A stretch of DNA of 42,824 nt from Prasinococcaceae sp. CCMP 1430 (Eukaryota > Plantae > Prasinodermophyta), in contig RQSC01000020.1 in NCBI GenBank assembly GCA_013416795.1, positions 484,399-527,222 of the forward strand, written 5' to 3'. Below are positions 10,801-20,053 of this stretch, one piece after another (positions within the stretch are counted from its first letter, which is position 1; the number at the start of each line of letters is the position of its first letter). The translations under genes and the position numbers were made by a program. The notes under the pieces are model-generated. The model was not told the DNA's origin, did no database searches, and worked only from the letters and a program-made list of their open reading frames with translations.

Positions 10801-12165
10801 TACCGCCTTCCCCGCCGCCCAGCCCGCCACCGCCCAGCATGCCGCCGTTTCCGAGCTTACCGCCGAGCCCGCCCCCGCGCCCACCACCGAGCCCACCGCC
10901 GTCACTGCCGCCGTCTCCGCCGCCGTCAACGCCGCCGAGCCCGCCGCCGAGCCCGCCGCCGAGCCTGCCACCATCGCCACCGCCGTCTCCGCCACCGTCT
11001 CCGCCACCTTCTCTGCCGCCTTCTCCGCCACCACCCTTTCCTCCGCCGTCTCCGCCACCTTCTCTACCGCCTTCTCCGCCGCCCAGCCCGCCACCGCCCA
11101 GCCTGCCGCCGTCTCCGCCGCCGAGCCCTCCTCCGAGCCTACCGCCGAGTCCGCCACCACCGTCCCCTCCGCCGTCTCCGCCACCTTCTCTACCGCCTTC
11201 CCCGCCGCCCAGCCCGCCACCGCCCAGCATGCCGCCGTTTCCGAGCTTACCGCCGAGCCCGCCCCCGCGCCCACCACCGAGCCCACCGCCGTCACTGCCG
11301 CCGTCTCCGCCGCCGTCAACGCCGCCGAGCCCGCCGCCGAGCCCGCCGCCGAGCCTGCCACCATCGCCACCGCCGTCTCCGCCACCGTCTCCGCCACCTT
11401 CTCTGCCGCCTTCTCCGCCACCACCCTTTCCTCCGCCGTCTCCGCCACCTTCTCTACCGCCTTCTCCGCCGCCCAGCCCGCCACCGCCCAGCCTGCCGCC
11501 GTCTCCGCCGCCGAGCCCTCCTCCGAGCCTACCGCCGAGTCCGCCACCACCGTCCCCTCCGCCGTCTCCGCCACCTTCTCTACCGCCTTCCCCGCCGCCC
11601 AGCCCGCCACCGCCCAGCATGCCGCCGTTTCCGAGCTTACCGCCGAGCCCGCCCCCGCGCCCACCACCGAGCCCACCGCCGTCACTGCCGCCGTCTCCGC
11701 CGCCGTCAACGCCGCCGAGCCCGCCGCCGAGCCCGCCGCCGAGCCCGCCCCCGCGCCCACCACCGAGCCCACCGCCGTCACTGCCGCCGTCTCCGCCGCC
11801 GTCAACGCCGCCGAGCCCGCCGCCGAGCCCGCCGCCGAGCCTGCCACCATCGCCACCGCCGTCTCCGCCACCGTCTCCGCCACCTTCTCTGCCGCCTTCT
11901 CCGCCACCACCCTTTCCTCCGCCGTCTCCGCCACCTTCTCTACCGCCTTCTCCGCCGCCCAGCCCGCCACCGCCCAGCCTGCCGCCGTCTCCGCCGCCGA
12001 GCCCTCCTCCGAGCCTACCGCCGAGTCCGCCACCACCGTCCCCTCCGCCGTCTCCGCCACCTTCTCTACCGCCTTCCCCGCCGCCCAGCCCGCCACCGCC
12101 CAGCATGCCGCCGTTTCCGAGCTTACCGCCGAGCCCGCCCCCGCGCCCACCACCGAGCCCACCGA
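7895..12165 (+). repeat. Coding tandem repeat, 390-bp unit (130 aa), about 11 copies, one 96-bp internal duplication
   Basis: The same landmark recurs at 7921, 8311, 8701, 9091, 9481, 9871, 10261, 10651, 11041 and 11431, then at 11917 instead of 11821 (+96 bp). Confidence 0.95.
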
Positions 12166-12963
12166 CGGATCCTCCCGCGTTAACCGCCACGGACGAATAC
12201 GAGAAGACTGTCGATTTCTCGGGAGACTCGGGCTGGAGAAACTGCGACAGCGACTCGGACGCCATCGGCGGGTTCTATCGCGATAACCAGTACGTCATGC
12301 GCGCCGGCTCGGACACTGGACAACTGACGCCTGACTGTCTGCCAGTAGGACTAGGATGCTCAGAGCGCACCTCACCCGCGCATGCTTGAATGCATGCACG
12401 CGCGCGTGCGCGCGCGCGTGCCGCATGCGCACGTGTGGTGCGCCCGGACGCATGTCTGCGAAGCGTGTCGCGCTGGCCCGCCAGATCCGCGAGCGCATGC
12501 AATGCGCCGGCACTGACAGCCACCGCTCGCCCACGCTGCCCGCCTTGGCGCGGTCCTGTACAGGGATGGCTGCGAGTATCTTGCTTTCCTCCAACGATAC
12601 AAGTGCGTGCCCGTTGACAACAACGACAACCCCGAGTGTGTCGAAATTTCATGGTCCAGTGGATGGAAAAATCAGTTCAAGACATGCGGCGATGGGTACT
12701 ATCTCACAGGCATGTACAAGACAAGCGGGTCAATGGCTGTGAACTACATAACCGGGTTTCGCTGCTGCAAGCCGGCCGGCTACCGAACTTTTCTGACGCG
12801 GACCATGGATGTGAAAAACACCTTCGAGGGCGTGGGCTACACGCACTGCTGGGAGGCGCCGCACATCGAGGTCATGGGCGGCTTCGAGCTGGGCAACAAC
12901 GGGTGTCTGAGCAAGATCGACGCTTTCAACTGCCGCGGGACCTTTATTGAGGAGTATGAATGA
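7895..12963 (+). CDS. PPSP-repeat hydroxyproline-rich glycoprotein (extensin/pherophorin-like stalk) with C-terminal Cys-rich domain; 5' end missing; intron 12290-12563
   Basis: Frame reads (PPSPPPS)n for about 1420 aa, then unique sequence. Donor CA|GTACGT at 12290 and acceptor TACAG|G at 12563 are phase-compatible (CA+G = Gln), with CTGAC near 12514. The join gives GGFYRDNQDGCEYLAFLQRYKCVP and runs to TGA at 12961-12963. The start codon is lost at the n at 7894. Confidence 0.8.
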
Positions 12964-13070
12964 GGACTGGCACCTGGCAAATGACTCGCGAGCGCGTGCA
13001 TGGCGGCGAGCGCGGGCAGCGCGGCCGGCCGGGGCTGACAACTACACTCGCTGCAAGCACACCACACGCA

Positions 13071-13075
13071 TGTAA
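13071..13075 (+). promoter_or_regulatory. Candidate chlorophyte-type TGTAA polyadenylation signal
   Basis: TGTAA about 110 nt after the PPSP gene stop. Similar placements at 14230-14234 (minus, after the transporter) and 42324 (plus). Other genes lack it. Confidence 0.35.
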
Positions 13076-13252
13076 CGCTCCTAAGACGTGCGTACATACG
13101 CACGCGCCACCCCCCGTCGACGGCGAAAGATCTCGTCTTACTCGGGCCCTCTCGCGCGCGCGAGCCCCAGGTCTTTCGCTTGCCCATCGTGCTCTAGCGG
13201 TGTCTTCGCTGGCGCCCCTCTCTCGTGCCGCGCCACTGTTGGCGCTCGGTGC

Positions 13253-13801
13253 TCACAGCCCCGCGACGCGCCCGCCGCTGGGGCTGACCTTGCCTACCGT
13301 GCGGAAGACAGAGCGCGAAGCGAACTTTTTGCCGTCCCGCTCGAAGTCCTCGGTGGTCTTGGCGCCACCGGCGACCGAGTCGGTCTCATCGAGGCCGCCA
13401 AAGCCCTGCCCAGGCGAGCGGATGTTCTTTCGCACGCGCACTGCCACACCACCGCGCGCCGTTGTCCACATTATCAGACAGTCAGCGCGGGCGCAGCTTT
13501 CACAATGGCTTTGGAAGCGACGAGAGGGAGCACGCACGCGCTAGCTAGCCGTCGCGCGCCAGGCTCACACACTTGGTTGGCCACGGCGGTGGTCTCGCTC
13601 GCGCGGCACAAACACGCGTCACGCGCCGCGCTACGCACCGTCCGGGTTGTGGAATGCGTGGTACGCCTCGTACACCCCCGCGGACACGCCCACCCCGAGC
13701 GCCGCCCACAGCGGCCACACGTCGGGCTTGTTCCAGCGCGCCGACCACACCTGACCCACCGTGCGCCGCACGTACGCGTGGACGGCCGCAGTGGGCGCCA
13801 T
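13253..13801 (-). CDS. B12D/NDUFA4-like small mitochondrial membrane protein; 2 exons (13639-13801, 13253-13440), about 116 aa
   Basis: KPDVWPLWAALGVGVSAGVY..YH.FHNPD, then a GTGCGT...GCAG phase-1 intron (13441-13638), then VRVRKNIR...FERDGKKFASRSVFR. This restores the NPDVRV..K..R signature of the B12D family. Confidence 0.75.
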
Positions 13802-14273
13802 GTCGACGCCACTCTCAACCCGCCACAAGTAGTACGCGCTGGGCCGGGCGGCGGGCCGCGACGACCACTTCTTGCTCAGTTTGTGTGCAGCCGACGCTGC
13901 TGCCGTGCGTGCGGCGCTGCCAGCAGTGGCGCGCCGGGGCACCACCACTCCTACTACTACCGGGTCTACCGCCCTTCCTTCCCCCGCTTCGCCGCCGCGC
14001 GCGAGGTGTGGCGCAGCGGGCGGGCCGCGCCACCACCGGCAGCACCGCCTTCGCCCCCCCGCCACCGCCACCGCCCCTGGGACCTCGCCGCCCCGCGCAG
14101 GGGGTCCCAGGCGCTGCCGCTGCCGCCGCTGACGTGGCGTCGGATATTTTCCTGACGTGCATTTCGATACGCGTGGGAATCTTCAATGCTTTCTGCCGTG
14201 CAGACTCCGAATGGGGTTTGGGTTTGATATTACAGGGTTTACGGAATGACGGCCGGCGCCCGGCGCGCGCCGG

Positions 14274-15243
14274 TCAGGCGCCGCCCTTCTCGCGCAGCTT
14301 GATGGCGGCGTACCAGGCGCTGCCCGCGATGGAGACGGCGATGCCCGCCACGTTGGCGGCGACCACCGGCACGCCGCCGAAGGCGAAGAACCCGACGAGC
14401 ACCGTGCCGACGTCCTTGAGGTTGCCGCACACGCTCTGCGTGACGGCCGTGTTGAGCGTGGTGTTGAGGAAGATGGCGTAGTTGATGGCGAAGGCCAGCA
14501 CGCACGAGCCCGCGACGACGGCCAGGAATGCGGGGTCGAGCAGGTGCTCGTATGCCAGCACGGCTGCGAGCTCGCCGCTGGCCACCACCCACACCGCCAG
14601 GCCCGGCAGGCACAGCACGGCGTTGGCCCACATCATGCCGAAGCTCGAGAGCGGCAGCTTCTTTCCCAGCCTGGAGATGACTCCCAGGTAGAACGCGGTG
14701 GCCACGTTGGACAGCGCCACCATGGCGTAGCCTCGCGCGTCGAAGGCGCCGTCGGCAGCGCCCGCAAGCGCGCTGCCGCCCACGATGAGCGCCACAGCGC
14801 CCACGGTCTCCCTGGAGAAGCGCTGCCCCGCGAGCGCGAACTCGGCCGCCATGGTGAACGCCACCGCCGTGCGGCGCAGCGTGGTGTACATGGGCACGTT
14901 CACGCCGCGCACTGCGACCATGCCCACCAACAGGTACGCCAGGAAGGCCGCGGCGAGCGGTGCGCACGCCACCAGCGCCTCGAGCGGGAGGTACACGCAG
15001 CCCTCGTACTGCGGCGGCGCCTCGCCCGCGCGCCAGAACGACAGCGCGCCGCGCGCGCGCGCCGGCGCGAGCACCGCGAGCGCGACCGCCAGCTGCGCCA
15101 GCGTGAGCGCGCGCGCGTGCGGAAAGTCCCACGCACTCAGGGCAGCCTTGTTGAACAGCGTGAGCGCGATCGCCGTCCCCATGTAGAGCGCCGCGGCCGC
15201 CGCCGCCGCGCGCGTCGACGGCGCGGCGCGGCCCTTGGCGTCC
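14274..15243 (-). CDS. Nucleotide-sugar transporter (SLC35D/GONST-like, TPT/DMT superfamily); 5' end in gap
   Basis: Multi-TM protein with LFNKAALS.W.FP, VNVPMYTTLRR, S.FGMMW.NA, NYAIFLNTTLNTAVTQSVCGNLKD and N..GI..S..GS..YA motifs. Confidence 0.88.
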
Positions 15244-15872
15244 NNNNNNNNNNNNNNNNNNNNNNNNNNNNNNNNNNNNNNNNNNNNNNNNNNNNNNNNN
15301 NNNNNNNNNNNNNNNNNNNNNNNNNNNNNNNNNNNNNNNNNNNNNNNNNNNNNNNNNNNNNNNNNNNNNNNNNNNNNNNNNNNNNNNNNNNNNNNNNNNN
15401 NNNNNNNNNNNNNNNNNNNNNNNNNNNNNNNNNNNNNNNNNNNNNNNNNNNNNNNNNNNNNNNNNNNNNNNNNNNNNNNNNNNNNNNNNNNNNNNNNNNN
15501 NNNNNNNNNNNNNNNNNNNNNNNNNNNNNNNNNNNNNNNNNNNNNNNNNNNNNNNNNNNNNNNNNNNNNNNNNNNNNNNNNNNNNNNNNNNNNNNNNNNN
15601 NNNNNNNNNNNNNNNNNNNNNNNNNNNNNNNNNNNNNNNNNNNNNNNNNNNNNNNNNNNNNNNNNNNNNNNNNNNNNNNNNNNNNNNNNNNNNNNNNNNN
15701 NNNNNNNNNNNNNNNNNNNNNNNNNNNNNNNNNNNNNNNNNNNNNNNNNNNNNNNNNNNNNNNNNNNNNNGGCGGCGCCGCCGCGGCCCGGGGCAGCGCC
15801 CGGGTGCGGGAGGGACGCGCGCGCCGCGCGTGCCACACCGCACGACTCAGACATCCCCTCGCACGCTCAAAG

Positions 15873-16073
15873 CACTGCCACTCGGACATCATGCCGTTCG
15901 ACCAGGAGCCCATCGCAGCCGAGGTCGAGCTGATGAGCGCGACCTTCCGCGCCATTGCTGGTTTCCTCGCCGCGCCCTTCCGATGCGCCTCGCCGCGGCC
16001 GGTCGCCTCACGCCGCTACTCGGGAGCGAACGGCGGGGCTGCCAGTGAGACGCTGCTCTCGGGCCAGGCGTGA
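15873..16073 (+). CDS. Possible 3' terminal exon of an unknown gene whose 5' part lies in the gap
   Basis: Protein-like stretch HSDIMPFDQEPIAAEVELMSATFRAIAGFL...* followed by UTR-like sequence. No family recognised. Confidence 0.3.
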   Translation, partial: HCHSDIMPFDQEPIAAEVELMSATFRAIAGFLAAPFRCASPRPVASRRYSGANGGAASETLLSGQA

Positions 16074-16551
16074 GGCAGGGATGGGGGTTGGGGAGCACAC
16101 GGAGGGCGATGCCAACATCTGTTCGGGAGGAAGGAGTAGTAGTAGACGCGGAGACACACACGCACGTGCCAAGTGTCGATACAGGCACCGAGGGGCACGT
16201 GCACTCGCAGCATCGTGACAGGCGCGCGCACACACATACGAGCACGCGCGCACAAAACCATGCACCATTTAATGTCGCACTTACGTCATCGTCCAGTCAA
16301 GCGCGCGCGGCGTTCGCACGCGCCCGCCTCGGCCGCATCACGATGAGGGCGTGCGCAAAGAGCGTGTGCTGACACAGAGAGACACTAACAGGTGCGGCGA
16401 CACAATACTGCTCTTAAGTTTCACACTCCCATCCACAGGCTTCTTGGGCGCGCGCGCGCGCTCGCGCAGTCTGTCACGCTACGTCGTAGTCGATGGTAGT
16501 CTTGGCGGCTTCGACGCTCTCCCGCACCCGCTTTGCGTTCGCACTCTTCAG

Positions 16552-17849
16552 TCAGGCCGAGGCGGTCGCCGAGGCCTCGGCGACGTCGATCTGGACGTCT
16601 GCGCACGACTGCCACACCTGCGAGCTCTGCTCGCAATCCCAGCGCCACCCAAGCAGGTAGCGCCCGGGCTCGAGGTCCTCAGGGACCACCACGGTGTCAT
16701 AGATCATCAGTTCGCCGACGGACTTCTGCCCGACGAAGCCGCTGGCGCCGGGCGCCGGCTCGGGGAACTGAGTGTTGCCAGTGCAGCCCTGCGGGCGCTC
16801 CGTCCCGTTCATGTGCAAAAAGTCGGCCCCGGCACACTCCGAGAGGCAGACCACCTGCTGCAGCCAGGGGTTGTTGGGGATGTCGCTACCCTCTTGCGGC
16901 GGCAGCTCGCCTTCGCCGTACTCCATGCCGCACTTCTCGGCGGTGTGATCATCCCCGCTGCTGTCCTCGCACCACGAGCATCCGGGGATGGGATTGACGG
17001 CCCACTCGCTACCGGCGGGGGTGGTCCCCTCGCTGACGGTGACGCGCTTCACGAGCACCGGCGGCTCGTGCGGTGCACTGGTGTTGACGATGCGCGAGTA
17101 CGCGCCGTTGGCATCGGCGGCAAAGCGCAGCGGCGTGCGCTGGAAGCACTCCTCGGACACCCCCCCGCGCGGCGCGCCCTCGTCCAGCTTGCACAGGCGC
17201 AGCTGGTAGCCGCCTCCGTGGTTCGCGGTGATCGCCCAGGCGACCTCTTGCTCGCTGCCGGCGGTCCACACCACCGGCTGCTTCTCCGGCAGCACGTCGA
17301 GCGCGTCGGCGCCCTGCTCGTAGTAAAACGGCGCCATGCCGCCATTGTTGAGGCGCAGCGGCCCGCCGCCCGCCGCGCCGCACCCCGAGCCGAGGACGGG
17401 CGCCGCCCCTGGCGAGCGCCACGGGCGGTGGCGGCTGAAGTCCGCCGCGCCCCCCTCGACGCCCACGTTGACGGTGCGCGCGTACTGCGGCAGCGTCGGG
17501 CGGTCGACGTTGGCAGGCTGGGAGAAGAAGAGGCAGCCGCCTCCGCAGCAGCCGGCGTCGGGGTCGCGGGGCTCGCGGCGGTGGCCGTGGTGCGCGGCGT
17601 CAGCGTCGTCGCCAACCTCGGAGTACAGCCCGAGGTCACTGGCGTGGTGCGGGGCGTCGACGGAGACGGCGGAGACGGCCGCCCCAGCCGCGTCGACCGG
17701 ATCCGGATCGCCGCGGCAGTACACCCCGGGGGGGCGCACGTCATTGCGCACGCTCGCGGGCACGCGCAGCATGCCGTGCGCGTCCGCGCCCGGGAGGAGG
17801 AGGACGCCCGCCCCCGCCGCCGCCGCCAGCAGCGCGGCGGCCGGGAGCG

Positions 17850-17852
<3 letters not shown>
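16552..17852 (-). CDS. Secreted histidine-brace (LPMO-like) copper protein; start ATG is 1 nt out of frame as assembled
   Basis: Signal peptide (M)ALPAAALLAAAAGAGVLLLPGADA|HGML puts His at residue 1 of the mature chain. Second-His motif WAITANHGGGYQLRLC and C-terminal PGRYLLGWRWDCEQSSQVWQSCADV are present. Confidence 0.75.
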
Positions 17853-17905
<53 letters not shown>

Positions 17906-17912
17906 CGCGTGT
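17852..17912. repeat. (TG)n-(CG)n microsatellite abutting the LPMO-like start
   Basis: About (TG)22 followed by CG runs. On the coding strand it reads ...CACACAC-ATG. Confidence 0.95.
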
Positions 17913-18032
17913 GTGCGCGCGCGCTACGCGTGCTCTGCCAGCGCGCTGGCGGCTCTTCCGCCCGCGCGCGCGCCCCGCGGCGCCACACGCCACCCGCGCG
18001 CACGCCTGTGCACGCGCATTCGCTTTGATATG

Positions 18033-18210
18033 AAATGTACACACGTGTGGTCGCACACCATTTCTATTGCCGGGGTGCCACTATGCCTGAATCCTTTTTT
18101 TTATTTTTAATTTATTTTAATTTTAATTTTTAATTTTTTGATACGAAATGTACACACGTGTGGTCACACACCGTTTCTATTGCGTTTTTTTTTTATTTTT
18201 AATTTATTTT
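18033..18210. promoter_or_regulatory. AT-rich island with two copies of a 38-bp G-box-containing palindromic module plus T-tract
   Basis: aaatgtacacacgtgtggtc(g/a)cacacc(a/g)tttctattgc at 18033-18070 and 18146-18183 (36/38 identical), each followed by ttttttttatttttaatttatttt. It lies between divergent genes. Confidence 0.6.
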
Positions 18211-18375
18211 TCCGGATCTCGAATTCGGCACACACGAAAAGGGAGCGTCGGCGCGGCGCGCGACACCCCATCAAAACGCACGATGATCAAAACGCGTGAT
18301 GAAAGAGTTAACCCGAAAAAGAGGGTTTGCGGGAGGTCTCCTATCGGAATGTCACTCTCATTCTGACCTTTTTAG

Positions 18376-19930
18376 GTTGGGGTTGGGGGCGCGCGCGGCG
18401 CGCGGGTGCGCCGCGCGCTCGACAGCGACGTGGCGCGCACGCGCGCGGGCGGGACGCGTGGCGCTCTTCGAGCGCGCGGGCGCGCTCGGCGGCGTGGCGA
18501 CGACCGCCAGCGCCGCCGCCGCGGGCACCGGCGCGCGCTTCAACGACGGCGTGCAGGGCGGCGCGCCGAGCTATCGGAACACGCTGCGGCTGCTCTCCGA
18601 GCTGGGCCTGGCGTCCGGCGTGAGCTGGGTGGACATGACGGTGAGCTTCGGGACGGGCGAGCGCAACTGGTCCAACGTCGGACCCGCGTCGGAGCTTGCG
18701 CGGCGCTGCGCGTCGGACGTGGCGCGCTTCGGCGCGCTCCTGCGGCGCGTCGCGCGCTTCGAGTGGTACTACGCATTCGTGCCCGTGGCGTCGCTGCTGC
18801 GCCGCAACGGCTTCAGCGCAGAGTTCGCCGACGCGATGGTGTACCCGCTCACGGCGCTCTTCTTCGGCACGGGCTCGCAGACCAGCCGCGTCAGCAGCGT
18901 GCTCGTCGCGCGCGTCTTCAACGACCCGGCGCTGCGCCTGTTCGAGTACGACTCGGCGAGGCTGCTGAGCACGGCGCCGCGGATGTTCGCCTTCCCGCCG
19001 CTCGCCGACGTGTACGCCCGCCTGGGCGATGAGGTGGAGCGGCACGGCGGCGAGGTGCGCACCGACTGCGAGGTGGTCGCCGTCGCCCGCCACCGCCAAG
19101 GCGTAGACGTCACCTACGTGGAGGAGGGCGCGCGCGTCACGCGGCGCTTCGACGACGTCGTCTTCGCGTGCAGCCCCGAGGTGTCCACGCGGGTACTCAC
19201 CGCCGGGGGCTCGCGGCTGGGCTTCCTCGAGAAGCGCGCGCTGAGGTCCGTTGAGTACTTCGACGATGTGACCGTCTCGCACACGGACGAGGAGTACATG
19301 GCGAGGCACTACGAGCTGCGGCCCGCGGGCGACGGCGACGCGCCCCCAATGTACTTCATCAAGACGTACGAGGAGGACCGCACGAAAGGGGAGATGTCCT
19401 TCGACCTCACGCGGTACCAGCCGAGCGCACGCGGCGGCGGCGAGCAGGCGTCGGGCGAGGTCGACGAGAGGGGAGAGGGGGTGCGAGCGCGGCCGCAGGC
19501 CCCCATCTACCAGTCGATCTTCCTCAACCGCGCGGAGGATGAGGCGCTGTGGACGCGCGATGAGATCGACCCGAGCAAGGTGCTCCTCGTCAAGTGGTGG
19601 CGGCAATTCGCGCACTCGGTGAGACACCTCACGCGCTCGGTGCCGCTGTGGCGCTTCGTGCAGGGCCGCCGCCGGACCCTGTACGCCGGCAGCTACACCC
19701 TGGTGAATACGCACGAGATCGCTGTCGTGAGCGGGCTCGCGGCGGCCGCGCGCCTCGGCGCCGAATACCCGTTCGGCGATGACGACCTCGCCGCGATGCA
19801 GTACGACCAGTACTGTAGCATCATCCATGGTGGCAAGGGGCGCATCCGAGGCAAGGGACGCGCCTCCGACGTTAAGGAGAAGGCCGCGCCCTCTGCTGGG
19901 ACGGCGGCGGCGGCCGCCGCGTCGGCGTGA
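18376..19930 (+). CDS. FAD/NAD(P)-dependent oxidoreductase (amine oxidase/COG2907-like); 5' end unclear
   Basis: RVALFER.G.LGGVATT, FNDGVQGG..SY.NT, LFFGTG, FDDVVFAC and the C-terminal LYAGSYTLVNTHEIAVVSGLAAAARLGAEYPF. No clear GxGxxG and no in-frame ATG near the start. A possible acceptor CTGACCTTTTTAG ends at 18375. Confidence 0.75.
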
Positions 19931-20053
19931 GGGGTGCGTGCCCAGGAGATAGGTCCGCACGCGCGCGGCGATGAGACGCGCGGGCGAGATCGCCTGTATA
20001 CATGTACATGAGAAATTGTTAGACAGAGACCGCCGAGGAGAAGGTGTATTCGC

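Noticed and set aside
6371-12265. 1964-aa Gly-rich repeat-kinase fusion ORF
   Set aside because: It is the antisense shadow of the PPSP repeat, read through a single-n assembly join and the kinase intron. The kinase has its own ATG at 7775.
7384-12286. Other long ORFs over the 390-bp repeat (1592, 1471, 1499 aa)
   Set aside because: A stop-free GC-rich unit is open in many frames. Only the PPSP frame splices into a coherent Cys-rich domain.
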